From Trichosphaerium sp. ATCC 40318 (lineage: Eukaryota > Protista > Tubulinea), in NCBI GenBank assembly GCA_038496445.1, contig JALMLS010000277.1:186001-250000 (forward strand): a stretch of DNA of 64,000 nt. Direction: 5' to 3'. Below the pieces are notes generated by a model. It was given only the letters and a program-made list of their open reading frames with translations. It ran no database searches and was not told where the DNA came from. Numbering within the stretch: position 1 is the stretch's first letter; every line of letters begins with the position of its first letter. Below are positions 27,742-40,684 of this stretch, piece after piece. The position numbers and the translations under genes were made by a program.

Positions 27742-28495
27742 AGGGTATTCGCAAACAAAAATACCATCTAAGCAAAATACTACAGTGGCTCTTTGTTGCA
27801 TTAATCGGCAATGGAAGGGTTTGTTTAACTAATATTAATAAGAGTGGTCCACTTCACTCGCAGAGGACTTTTGATCACATGATTTAAAAATGGTTCTCGG
27901 GCGCAAACAACTTGTTGACCTCATCAAGAGTTGAAGCTTGCCAGCAAAATACCAAGCAGAAAGTCCAAATCGGAAAATTGAAAAACAAATGATTTTCTGT
28001 TCCTCCTTCCATCCTGATATTTGGACTATTCATCTCATTCCCCTCACCATAGATTTTTCCTTTGCTATTTCATAAGTATTAGCAAACTGTACAATAGCAG
28101 CCTAGTCACAGAACAGACACATGGAACATTCAGAAAAAAACACACTTTTTTTATTTCTTGTTTATGCCACCAATAAACGAATACTATACACAAACAATAC
28201 TCTAGAAAATATTGATAAGTCCACAAAATATGAGAATGCATGATAATACTGTCAACAATTTGCACGCGTTTCATAGAAACAAGTTGTGTATTTCGTCAAA
28301 CTTCTCAAAAATTCTTGTTTTTGTGCTTAAATACGAAAATGACGCAACCCATCGTACTCTAACTTATTACAATGTAATAACACCAAACTGATTCTGGATA
28401 CATAAAAACTATAAATAACACAAAATACTGACTTGTTGATCGCCCGTTAAGTACTTCTATTATTAAAACTACACACAGTGCCGACAATAAACAAA

Positions 28496-29924
28496 ATGGC
28501 TAACGAAAGTACACTCCCAACAGTTTTCAACATGTTTCATCAACACAAAACCACTTTAACCTTTAAATACTCTCTAATACGCTTAAAGCATACGATGAGC
28601 TAGCTTTTTGCTGTTAACGCTCGTATAGCCGCTAAAATAGTTTACTTGCTACAAAAAGCAACTGACAAGCTAACTCTTACTTCAGTACACGCTTTGGTAA
28701 TAGACAACGGATCTGGGTGGTGCAAAGCTGGTTTTGCCGGTGATGACGCTCCAAGCGCTGTCTTCTCATCAGTAGTCGGCCGTGCATGTCACACCAGCGA
28801 AGGTGCTGAAAATAAGAAAGACTCGTACATCGGCGATGAAGCCCAATCCAAGCGCGACACCCTCTCATTGAACTACCCAATCGAACGTGGTATTGTCACT
28901 AACTGGGACGACATGGAGAAAATCTGGCATCATGCATTCTACAAAGAGCTAAATGTTGCCCCGGAAGAGCACCCAGTTCTCCTTGCTGAACCTCCATTAA
29001 ACCCAAAACCTAACAGGTACACACATCGTTATTTCGGCTTTCTTGATTTCGAAAAAAAACACTGTGAATTGTTGGTTTTTTTGACTTACTTGTTTGGTGC
29101 TTAGAGAAAAAATGACGCAAATTATGTTTGAGACATTCAACCTCCCGGCTATGTATGTAAGCAACCAGGCTGTACTTACTTTGTACTCTGCCGGACAAGC
29201 AGCGGGTACGTTACTGTCTTGATTGCAAAAGGCAAGTAACTAACTTGTTCTAATAGGTTTGGTTGTTGATTCTGGTTATGGTGTCACCCACGCAGTCCCA
29301 GTCGTTGATGGTTACGCACTACCTACGGAAACCACGAGTATGAATTTGGGTGGACGGGATATCACCAATTACTTGATGCAGATCCTCAGTGAGCGTGGGT
29401 TCGGATTCAGTGGTGATATCGAAAGTATTCGTGACATTAAGGAGAAACTCTGCTACGTTGCTCTTGACTTCGAGCAAGATATGAAGATAGCCGAAACATC
29501 ATCTACCCTTAACAAGTCATACACGCTTCCTGATGGTAAAGTCATACACATCAATAACGAACGCTTCAGATGCACAGAAGCCCTATTTAAACCAAGTTTG
29601 GTCGGGATGGAAGATGAAGGAATCCATAAGACCGCATACTACTCAATCATGAAGTGTGATGAGCTGCGTAAGGATATGTATGGTAATGTTATGCTTGTCG
29701 GTGGTACTACTATGTTCCCAGGTCTAGCTGAGAGGTTGCATAAGGAACTAGCTGCTCTTGCTCCTTCAGCCATGAAGATCAAGGTCATTCCTGAGAAAAA
29801 ACAATACTCTGCTTGGTGTGGAGGATCCATCCTTAGCTCCCTATCAACTTTCGGGCAAATGTGGATATCCAAAGAAGAGTATGATGAGTCTGGTCCAGCT
29901 ATTGTCAACAGAAAGTGCTATTAA
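28496..29924 (+). CDS. act: Divergent actin (4 exons)
   Basis: [66 protein letters not shown]. Confidence 0.93.
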
Positions 29925-30194
29925 GTCTATTTGACACGTGATTTGTAAAAAAAAATGATTAAGTAAACTGTAAAAACATAAAACTAATGTTACCTATTTG
30001 ATGTGCTCTAGGACAACCTTACATAGGTAGTTAGCCCCTTCTAAGTATATTTAATGTTGTTTACGACTTGATAAAGGTGACGTCTATAACAAAAGAGAAA
30101 CAGCCAATTGCAAACCATGCTCACGAGAATGGAAACATTTAACCTTAGCACGTGGAACATACTCTTTCTTTACAAGTACATTTATTGAGCTTAT

Positions 30195-31100
30195 CTAAAA
30201 TGGATCTGGTTCAATAATTACTTCACCGTCTATTAATGTAAAAGCTCCTGGACCTAGATACGTTTCAACCAGTACCTTATAGCAATCAACAAAGTCTTTT
30301 CCAAAATATGTCTTAAACAATGACTTAACATCATCTCCAATCTCTTCAAAAGATTCCTCTTCATTTGTACAAAAAGTAAAGCAACAGTACAATTCACTAC
30401 AATCCTTAGGTGTATACCACATAAACCCAGGACAACGAAAAGTTGCATTCCGTCTATAAAGCCTAAAAACAGCAAAAGCAGAAGAATCACGTGCAAAAAA
30501 AAAAATCTTAAAGTTGCAAGAAATATCATCATATACTCCTGGTTCTACATTAACATTATCACATACTAATGTATGACTTGTCTTATTTTCTTCTCTAGAT
30601 ATTTTATAGAATCCAATATCAGAACCAATCTTATCATTAGTAAAAAGAACATCTCCATCAAGTTCTTGACCTATTTTTCTGTTGACATAGTAAGTTTTTA
30701 ATGATGCCTTGTTACTGAACTCTCCAGGTACGAATGTCTTTATATGAGGCCAATTTAGTTGTATAGCAACAGCCCAGAAGTTCCTTGAAGATAGAATGCC
30801 GTTGAACCGTTTTGAAACCAATGGGATGTTTTTTAGAGTAGTATAGTTCAGATACGCAAATATGTACGTTAATATATCGTTTGGGACTAAGGATAACGAG
30901 AAATGACTTGGTTCAGTATCAATATCATTTTCATAGTCTTTCAAGACTTCCAATAGCGTAGATACGTACTCTGGGTTGGTAAGACGCTTTTTAACTTCTT
31001 TGTCGTGTATGCTGCGAACGATGCGTGTTAGATTGGTGACTGTATCATCATGCACACTCGCAATCTCTCTTTTGTGCCTTTTGGGGTATGGTAGGGTCAT
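30195..31100 (-). CDS. F-box protein (intronless, 301 aa)
   Basis: SLVPNDILTYIFAYL..IPLVSKRFNGILSSRNFW. Confidence 0.85.
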   Translation of the reverse strand: MTLPYPKRHKREIASVHDDTVTNLTRIVRSIHDKEVKKRLTNPEYVSTLLEVLKDYENDIDTEPSHFSLSLVPNDILTYIFAYLNYTTLKNIPLVSKRFNGILSSRNFWAVAIQLNWPHIKTFVPGEFSNKASLKTYYVNRKIGQELDGDVLFTNDKIGSDIGFYKISREENKTSHTLVCDNVNVEPGVYDDISCNFKIFFFARDSSAFAVFRLYRRNATFRCPGFMWYTPKDCSELYCCFTFCTNEEESFEEIGDDVKSLFKTYFGKDFVDCYKVLVETYLGPGAFTLIDGEVIIEPDPF

Positions 31101-31722
31101 TGTTTCGGACGGGCGCTTAACTACTTAAGGGCAAGAAGATTGTGGAAATGTTGCTTGTATTGATTATTTATAATGACAGTGTAGCCATATCGTCTTTGTA
31201 GCAGTGATCCCATGTATGACTGTTTTACTGAGAACCTGGCGCCTCTAAAGCACGCCTATTCAATAGCACTGACCCAACATAAAACGTGGTTTTGTATTTA
31301 CTTAGTCAACCATATTTTTCCGCTGCTCTGAAAAATACAACAGCGTTATGCACCAGTGAGCTGTCAACCTACAGGCATTTTCTGTAGTAGGATCTTATAT
31401 ATTTGTTATTAGTTTGAATTGCAGTACTTATAGGGGCATTTACTATTACAAGAGAATCTTTCTGCAAGTAGTGGATGAAAAAGAAACAAATATGTCACAC
31501 AATAGTCACTACTCACCTATAACTACCGTATATGATAGGTTAAGGTTTGTATTTTAAATGGAAGATCTTAAAAGAGATGCACAATAAGTACATGAAATGT
31601 AATTATCACAAAACAAATAATACGATCGCTTGTGATTGGATTTTCTTCTTTACTGGGATAATCAAACGATTGTGCATACAAAGATTATTTATGCGAGCGT
31701 ATTACACAGTGTTAAACTTGTT

Positions 31723-34700
31723 AATCACTTTCTTACAATCTTGGATAGTTTCGGCTTCTTTTTAGAATCATTTACTACTGCAACTGCCTTTCTTTTCACG
31801 TTTGTGGCTATTTATAGAAACAGTAAGTTCCCACGTGATTGATCATTTATAAACAAAAACTTTAAAAGCTGCGCACGCGAAACAGTGATGTAGAGAGTCT
31901 CCCTACCAATTGAACATAAATCAGTATCAAGTGGAAGTAATCTCGAATCGTTGCTTGTATAAAAGCTAACTTTCAAGTTTTGCAATTCTTCAGGCAAGAA
32001 TTTAGTTAGCGCTGAAACAGTATCACCAGGGTAAAATAATGTTCCAGCATTAGCAACATTATACTTTTTCTTAAATCCTTTCAGCACTAATGCTACTCTA
32101 CAATCTGAAATTTTAACAACGTTGCCTAGGCTTGATTTAGCTTACACTCAAATAAAGTAAAAGTGGTACTTTGCTTAAGTACTAATATATCTACCATCGT
32201 AATGTCACTGTCACGGCTATCATCTAATATTGTTGGCAGATGAAGTATGTCGGCACGAATACCGTCATATTCGAAAATAATGTTATGGATATTACTGTTA
32301 TATCCCCGCGCAGTCTTTAGCACACTTTCGTAATAGTTTCTATCGTTGACACTCTTAAAAAATCGAATTTCGTCAAGTGTTGCCTCAGTTGGGTTTGGCA
32401 TTACACCTGAATAATCCAATCGAATACACTCTAAACCAAACAGTAAGCTTTGTTACTCCACTCCTCTAAATACGTACTTCGAAGAAAGGGTATGATAACA
32501 TTATTTTTAGCATCAAAGTTAATGCAGTACCTTCCATGTGGTAGTACTGCAGCTAAACCGATCTTGGCTGAATAATCAATAATCTTTTTTTCCTTGTCAT
32601 ATTGGATTGGCAGTGTTCTCAGCTCAATATAGTCGAAAGTCATACAGTGATTGAACTTGTTTCTGCCTCTTCAAAATCCTTAGCCTCACCTATTATACAG
32701 TCGCTTATGTTCGCGAAGAGCCAAGATCTCTCAGGTTCAAGTTGAGCCAGAGTTTTATGTTGGTCATCTAATGTAACTAGTTGGCCAAAGTCCACCAACA
32801 GTGGTTCGAAGTAGGAGAATCCTAGGAAAGTTACATCACACTGGGGTTTTAAGGAATATATGCGTACGGTATTGTGAGTCAGTACCCACCCAGTTCAAAT
32901 ACTCGGTTGTAGGAATATCTCCTGATTTGAAATACTTGTACATCTAGAATCGTAGAGTAAGTTACCTTGGTTTAAACAAACAGGACAAGAGGCGTACACG
33001 TGATGTTAGAAATTGTTCGAGATCTTTCTCTCCTACGATAATCACCTCTGTAAACGCATCTGGGATAATGAGATTTGTAGAGTTGTTGTTCTTGTTTAGA
33101 ATCAATCCGTCTTTGAGTTTCTTGGAAAGGATTGCAGCGATAATAATTGCAACACGTTTTAGGCCCTTCTCAGGTGTTCCTTTTAAGTGTACTTTATTAA
33201 TTTCTTCTTGTATGTCAGCAAGGGTTCTTGCACTACTTCCTTGCTAAAAGTAAAGCTTAGACCTTACAATAAAATGATGCTAGCGCAAGATAGGGACAAT
33301 TCATAGCACGAGTTTCTCACAGGTGGAATGTGTCTTACAAGTATCTTATAGTTGCCAATAAACGTGGGTGGATACCTTGGTTTGAATAAAAAGTTCGTAT
33401 TCGGAGTTCTTTATCATCATGTCGAATGTATCTGGTGGTGATAGTTTAGTAAAGTACGCATGAAAGATTGAAATTACGCACTAGACTTTTCACCAGGGAT
33501 ATACAAGCCGCCAGCCGCTGCTCTCCACAGCCGACAAAATTCCTCTTTGGTTATACAACCTTTAGATTTCAACTCTTCACTATCCTCCGTGTCTTTTGTT
33601 GCCGATCCCGCATCCTGGACTTTTGGCAATGACTGCGGCTAAAATTGAGGTAAGCGGAAGGTGATATTCTTATTTTTAAATAAGTCGTACTATGATTGTT
33701 GGATCAAATTGTATGGCTTTTTGATTCTAGTAACTTGTGAACCTAAAGTCGGAAACAATTACAACGTACCTCAAGACATGATCCTTTAAAGAGAGAAAAT
33801 ATACCACCCAATGTAGCTTCAGGATGTCTTTGTAGCCATTCGTACATGTACGTTGAAAACCTCCAGTCTACAAACCATTCCATTCGTTTCCCTAACATTT
33901 AGGTTAAATACGAACTTCGCCATTTACTTTACATTTTAAAAATCCTGTTTGTGCTATTTGATTTAGTCTTGTCTTATCCAGTTCATGCTGAATGATGATT
34001 GATTTAATAACGTTGTTACCAAAGTGGTTGAAAGACACTGAATAACCTTGAGCTGACATGAACTCCATTATCAATCTAGGTATCTTAACCTTCATGGATT
34101 GTACGCCATTGATTGTACTAGAAATGAATACCACTGGAGCCAAGTTTAAAATGCGATGCAGAGGAATCTAATAAACAATTAATACTTTTGTAAACTATAA
34201 CCATATTGCAAAGTACCTCTTTGAGTATGCAGTTTTTGTTCTTTGTTCGCAACTCAAACTTTGTTTTGGTGCTATCAAATACATCTTGAGTTATAGGCAA
34301 CATAAATGCTTCTAATACCAACACTTTAGAAACAAATCTGACAGCAGCATCCCAAAAATAACACATTGCATTTGTATTATTGTTTGCAAGCATTTCACCA
34401 TAAGCATCATCTAAAAGCCTAAAAAACCTGCATGAGTCTTCCTTATACGATAGAAACACAGCACCTTGTGGCATCAACTGGTTGCCCCTTTCTATTCAAG
34501 AGTATGGCAGCGATGTATCCTATGAAATAATTGACCATTCGCGGTAAACCAGCTACAATCAAGGTAAGATTAAAAGAACAAAGGTGGGTTTTACCTGTTT
34601 TATCATGTATTCCCTCAATCAATTTTTTTAAAATAGGCTTATCCAGTGAATCAAGTGCTGCATATAATTGTCTTTGAGTGTCGGTACTTTTATACGGTTT

Positions 34701-35878
34701 TACTATCTCTATTTGTTCTTCTATAGCTTTCAATGTATCTTCAGTACTTAGTGGCTACCAGTGATTAGGGCTTCATAGAAAAAGTATATTCGTTAAGTAC
34801 TGGTAACACTAGCCACATTGACTGTGAAGGAAGAATTGATTGAGCATCATTCGGCAAGAACAGGGTCTCATGAACAGAGAATAGCGGCAATAGGTTCTTT
34901 CCTCCAACGCTGTGTGGTTGTAGCATAAGAGACCATAGGAAGTTAAGTGTTTTACACTTTGAATTGTGCACCCTTCCGTGTTGCAGAATTTGATTGAATT
35001 CGTCAATCATTACAACAACAGAAAAGTTATTCGTCTTCCAATACTCCTCGAATACCTCCTCTACACAACTTTAAAACAATTTTAAATAGTAACATGTACC
35101 TATGGTAGGTTTATTATTACCCAGGGCAGCTTGAATAGCGTGTAATATAAACACATGTGAATCTAGAGCGAGTTTTGTTGATAAGTTAAAGGCAGTTTGT
35201 TGAACAACAGATATTTACCTTCTGCACCACAGCTCTTCTGACCATTGATGAAAATGAACTTAGAGTGTAGCAAATGATCCTTTACCCACTGTTCTAAATC
35301 TTGATTTTCGTTAAAATGACCATCAGCAACCAATGTGCGCATGGACTCCTCAAGATTCTTCAAAAATTGTGTTTTCCCTGTAACGTAGCTATTACCATCA
35401 AAATAAATTTCGAGATGTGATTCATACCACTTCCAAAATATTGGGCTAGAAACGGCACAGACAAGTTTGCCGTTTCACAAGAGTCAAGTCTATTGTTCCT
35501 GTATGTGTACCAGTGTCTAGCAAGTTTCCGATATTGATTGATGCGAGGCCTCAATTGAAAAGGGAGGCTACCTTTTACTCAAGTTAAAACGCGTACATTA
35601 GTGTTAATGAATACCTATGCAGCATTGTAGGAACGATATAGACATTGTAGTGGTATAGTTATAGTTTATTCCTGAAGTGTAATACCAATAAAAAGAAGCG
35701 GTGCGAACGTTGTAGCAATTGGATTTAAGCTTTTTTAAATAACTGAGTTAAGTCAACGTTCTTTCAATCAAATTACATTCTGGTAACAAGGCATGTAAAG
35801 ATACTCAAGAGGAATAAACAAACACGTATATAGTAGTATGGGTACAACGACTTAGTGTCTTGATTGATTACCAACAAC
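31723..35878 (-). repeat. Arm 1 of ~4.15 kb inverted duplication
   Basis: Its reverse complement matches ~49905-54067. Identical ORFs appear in both arms (MIDEFNQILQHG.., MAPVVFISS..). Homology stops 2 nt after the stop codon. Confidence 0.95.
31725..35645 (-). CDS. Crinkler-like P-loop NTPase + PD-(D/E)XK nuclease with variable C-terminal domains, copy 1 (apparent 1-nt deletion near 32661)
   Basis: Spliced Walker A LAQYFGSG|KT, Walker B VVVMIDEF, nuclease motif YIPGEKS|NTFDMMIK..LFIQTK, C-terminal KRK..KKKPK NLS. Confidence 0.7.
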
Positions 35879-35922
35879 CTCAAAGAAGAAAACTCAACAA
35901 CCTTTTATTCGGATTTGTTTAT

Positions 35923-36801
35923 TTACTGTCTTTGTATCTGCTGACAAAATAACACATCAACAACTATACCTAGCTTCTCTATATCAAGGTATGCACACCT
36001 ACGAATCCTTTTCTTGAGCATACCAAGTCTTTTAAGGGTCCATGTAGCACGCCTGATATCTCGTACAGCAATCTTTGCATACTTTGGAGTGTAATCTTGA
36101 GTATCACAATCTGATCTGAAAATTGTAAAATCAGGACCAGCGCCAAGTTGCCACGTGCATTTTCTGCTATCTGTAGTACATGCTGTTTTCGTGTCGTCAG
36201 TACCGGTAACAGGAGAGAACAATCTAGAGTAGTTGATTACAGCATTAGGCCAAGCATTTGTGGATATTGCAACTCCAACTTCTTCGGCATACTGAACACC
36301 AAGGGTTCCTCCGTTACTTCGAAGTAACCTGTTCCAAAGTAATAACCGTACATTACTAGCGTCAAAGAAGAAGTAATCCGTAAAAAAAGTAAGCATACCA
36401 CCACTGAAGATATCATCAAAATCAAGTAAGTTCGTATTAGTAAAAGTAGGTAAGTCAAGTCTGAAGAATGATAAATTTCTTGATGCCAGTCCATCGAAAA
36501 GATTCGTGATATTATCACCGACTTGCTGGAATGATACACCTCTTATATCACGAATGATTTCAAAGTTTACGTTACCAGCACTGAAACCACCGCTGACAAA
36601 ACCTCCGAAATCTGCGAAAGGAAAAGCTACTGGTAATCCAAGAACTTTTGTAAAAAAAGCATGTGTTTTATTCAGTTGCTCCAATGTAGCATTAGGTCCG
36701 TTCAATAGAAAGTGGTCTATTTGTTCAACTACAGCTTGTGACTTTGTAATTAAACAAAGCAAAATAAATGCTATAGAAAACAATAGAGAAAGAGTACGCA
36801 T
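35923..36801 (-). CDS. Secreted glyoxalase/VOC-like protein (intronless)
   Basis: Signal peptide, then IDHFLL..FFTKVLGLPVAFP..GGFVSGGFSAGNVNFEII, resembling bacterial Glyoxalase_3-like proteins. Confidence 0.7.
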   Translation of the reverse strand: MRTLSLLFSIAFILLCLITKSQAVVEQIDHFLLNGPNATLEQLNKTHAFFTKVLGLPVAFPFADFGGFVSGGFSAGNVNFEIIRDIRGVSFQQVGDNITNLFDGLASRNLSFFRLDLPTFTNTNLLDFDDIFSGGMLTFFTDYFFFDASNVRLLLWNRLLRSNGGTLGVQYAEEVGVAISTNAWPNAVINYSRLFSPVTGTDDTKTACTTDSRKCTWQLGAGPDFTIFRSDCDTQDYTPKYAKIAVRDIRRATWTLKRLGMLKKRIRRCAYLDIEKLGIVVDVLFCQQIQRQ

Positions 36802-37334
36802 GATAATCTCAACACGTGGGTTTGGTTAGGATGTGAACGTGATTTTTTGGTGGAGGTTTAAGTTAACTGTTGGACTTAACTTTGGCTCCGGCATGATTGT
36901 TTGCCCGCAATCTGCTAATGCACTTGGTATTTAATATAACTGGATACCCGAATTCTCAAATATTCACCTTGTCTGGGTAACTTTTGGCTGAACAAACTGT
37001 TACTTAAGCAAAACGTGATTTGACGATTTTCTTGTGTTTATGGTAACAGGTTTACCCGAGAAGGTAATTTATGTTTGAAAATTACAACAAAAACCAAGCA
37101 GCATTCACCAAATATCAAATAGGTGAGGGGTGTTTATGGGTTTTCTGTGATTTAATTTTAACACAGTTCGGGTGTGGGTTTGCTTTCAACTTTGGACGTC
37201 CTGACACTAGCATAAATTTAACCCTAGGCGATAGTATGCTTTCCTTTGGCAATAATACGATGAGTATTTCTCACGACAGATAATTTATTTGTATCAAAAA
37301 AGGAAGAATGAAAAATCAAGTTATTGTACTGGTT

Positions 37335-38474
37335 CTATGCCTTGGCATTATTAACAACTTTTGCATTTGGATTTGGTGTACTAGGTGCAACCTCTGGTTT
37401 TTTATGTTGTCGTCTAAGCATTTGTTAATACATGTCATAGCGAAAGCAATTTCTCAAAAAAACCAGAAAACTGTTTAAAATGAAAACAAACTACAAAAAA
37501 GAAAGTATCACATACCCCATAAGAACGCGCTCAAGTTGTAAAGGTGCTATAACCATAGGACAATATTTTGGCTCAATAGGATGAAGAGTACTACTTGCCA
37601 AAAGAATCTCACTAACAGTAAAGCGAGCGAATTCATCATCTTTGAACTGAGCAAGCACGTGCTTTATAGCGTCGCCCTTGTTTTAAATGGTAAATACCAA
37701 ACAATCTATGTATTCATATATACCTGTTCTGGCTTTATATACACATCTGACCAACGTGCAATAGTAATATGAGGACTCCAACGTTCTTCTTCTATCTCAA
37801 TTCCTGCTTCCTTCCATTTCGTTTGTAATTCTGAGTGAAGGGTATTTATTTCTTCTCTACCGTCTCCTATACCGAGCCATAGCTTGAAAGCTTCGTCAGA
37901 ATACCTTCATATACATTATAACATACCACTCGGGGCTTTGCTGGTCTTGGGAATACACCAACGCCTTTGATACCGACTTGAAAAGGTTTCATGTTTTTTG
38001 TTGTTTTAACCATGATTTCTGACGCTTTTTTAAAGGTTTCTGGCTATTACAGGTTAGCAAATAATGACTGAAGCGAGTGTCACTGCTTGTAAGCGTCAAA
38101 CCTCTTGTAATTTGGATCCAAAGTATTGAAGGGTAAGGTGAATGTTATACTCACTCGTCCAGTTGATTTTTTGGTTACTTGGTAGCTTTGAACGAAGATC
38201 GCTTTGTGTTCGTTTTATTCCTTCCATACAGTGCGCATTAGATGGCCACACGCCAACGAAATGCCTACCCGGCATCAATAGGTGTTACAGTGTCGGGCGA
38301 AATAATTTAACAATACTATTAACGTATTACGCGCCCCTGGTTCACTACGTACCTCGAAACTGAACCGCCATCATTTGCATAATGTCGCACTGAGGCGGAT
38401 GTAGAAGCTCTAGTACTACTAGTGGTAGTACAACTGCATGCCAAGCGATTACGTGATGCCACCCGTAAGAACAT
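37335..38474 (-). CDS. 2H phosphoesterase, ThpR/LigT (RNA 2',3'-cyclic phosphodiesterase)-like, with probable mitochondrial presequence
   Basis: RHFVGVW, NIHLTLQYFG, GVGVFPRPAKPRV, WSPHITIAR (two HxT motifs). Exon 1 MFLRVASRNRLACSC..SVRHYA is Arg/Ser-rich with no acidic residues. Confidence 0.85.
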
Positions 38475-38837
38475 TATGGACAATACAAACAGAAAAAAAA
38501 CAACGACTTTCAAAAAACAGCGAAATTTCTTATTTTATACATTAAACCACAACCACTTTGATCTATCCTACAATACAAATATGTTTTCTGGGCGAGGGAT
38601 GCTGTTTAGAAATGGTGAACTGCCAAGCCTCAACCAACGTTTTTTTTTTTTGAATGTGTTAAACTTTGGTTTTGTTGGCTTTTCTGGCGTCTAGAGATAC
38701 CACTTATTCAAACTGGTATTGCTGAACACTAGCTAGTATTTGTACATCATTGACGTGTGATGGTGCTCTTTGATAGTGGGTGATATGTTTGAAACATTGG
38801 TATTTTCTAATTGCAGCCCTTTGGACCAAAAACGAGA

Positions 38838-40218
38838 CTATGTTGATGGAGCTTCAACACATTTTCTAACAGCTTTTATGAGCCACCTACCAGCAAATTA
38901 TTAGCAACAAACAGCATGATAGTTTTTTTTTTTGAAGGTATGAACTCTAGAAAGTACCTTTGTTTACTTCGCTTCCCTATCAGCTTAAATCTATCCCAGT
39001 CCCATGAAACGTTGGGATAAACCAAACGCAATACTCGGTGATAATATCTAATAAAACCTCCTGCCCCAAAGTATTCAGCAAGTTGCTTCTGAGACACGTG
39101 ATACCTGTTTGACATAGACTCTATCAATAACAAAAATACAACAAAAAAAAAGAAAGAGGTTACCATGCATCCATGTTGCTTTCTTCATTAATGTCGAAAT
39201 GATGTGCCAGCTTCTCGAGAAATTTCCTCTGTGTACTCTTACTGAACCAGCAAGGTCTTACATAACGCTTAAGTTTAGGTCCTGAGTTCGGTGCCAAAGT
39301 ATTTAAAGCAAACTCAAGATCATGATTGTATCTAAAGAATATCTGTTTGTCAATACAAAACCCAACCTTCGTTCATGTAAATCAAGACATTACCTCTTTA
39401 CAATGGATCTCATTGCTGCATATTTACTACCAATAATATCAATCTTTTTCCAGTCATCAGCACAACAGACATTTAGTGTATCAGCAAGTCCATGTAGTGC
39501 TTGTTTTTGATTTTCTAAACTGTCCCAATATCCATTTGGAGCTGCTCTGTATCACTATAAATTATATCATAAATACAACTAATACGTACCTAAACAACCA
39601 CGGCTTCCAATCATACTCTGGATAAATTGTTTTGAGGGCATCGTACACAGAACCGTTGTGACTAAAAAAACGTTTCAACTTTCTTTTTTTCACAATTGCA
39701 ATAAAAATGTATTATTAAAGCTATCAGTGTTACTTACACGTTCACTGCTATGTTTCCACATGGTTGCTTTACAATTTCACGCAAAGAAACGTTGTACCAA
39801 GCGTCAAAAGTTCTGACTTTGAACTTCTTGCCAATGTCTTCGAAAAGCTGCCTTCTGTTCTTTAATGCATCCCAATGGCCATTCGGTATACCTCTTTGCG
39901 TTGTTAGGCATATTAGACGAGTTTGTAACAAACAGTACTTGAACAAGTGCGTCTTCCATTTAAAATTGGGATACAGCGTTGAAATACACTTAGGTATTGA
40001 TGCACCATAACTTGTAATGGTTTAGAGCGTTAAACGTTAAAAAGATAAACTAACAAGTAATCTACAATGTGACGCCCTCCAAGGTCAGATATGATAGGTC
40101 CTGATACTTTATACCAACCACTGGCTGTGCGAATTTTCAGAACTTGCGCACACTCGTCAAAGAACTGCCGTTGGTTCTCTATGCTCTTCCAGTATCCTTT
40201 AGCTCGCCTTACTAGCAT
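38838..40218 (-). CDS. Trp-rich tandem-repeat protein (about 4 repeats), same family as 25299..27741
   Basis: GYWKSIENQRQFFD..WYKV; PNGHWDALKNRRQLFEDIG..WYNV; PNGYWDSLENQKQ; ends W|YHVS..WDWDRF..KRSKQR|WL. Confidence 0.75.
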
Positions 40219-40684
40219 TGTCGCTTGTTAAACGTCAATATCATGGCAGGCAACTCTCAACGTAGGGTGTTACTATACACTAGTTAATTTGGCTATTAGG
40301 GAGAAAAGTCATGATTTGTTCAACGTCAAACTCATACTAGTCTTCGTAAACACATGAAAAGCACGTGCGTCTATGAAACTCAAAGCAATTATCATTCGCT
40401 TATCTTTTTCATCTACGGCCATGCAACCTGATGGCAGATGATACTTTAAGGCCTGCATAGCTCACATTTGAACGACAAATCAATATCGGGAATCTCTAGT
40501 CAATGCCTCCATCTGTTATACAATCACATGTCGATAGTTATTGTAATGTATTTATAAAAAAGTTACCATTTTAAGTGCAAAATAAACCATAAGTTGAGAA
40601 ATCAAACTCAGAAGTCTTAGTTTTTTATGTACAATTTCTTTCTTTTCAACATACTTAATGTTATTTCATTTTAACTCTTTATAA

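Noticed and set aside
32126-32200. Apparent second PD-(D/E)XK motif DILVL..LFECK in ORF 32126..32419
   Set aside because: FECK lies inside an intron (donor after KQ, same position in copy 2); the spliced protein reads KQ|NCRVALV.
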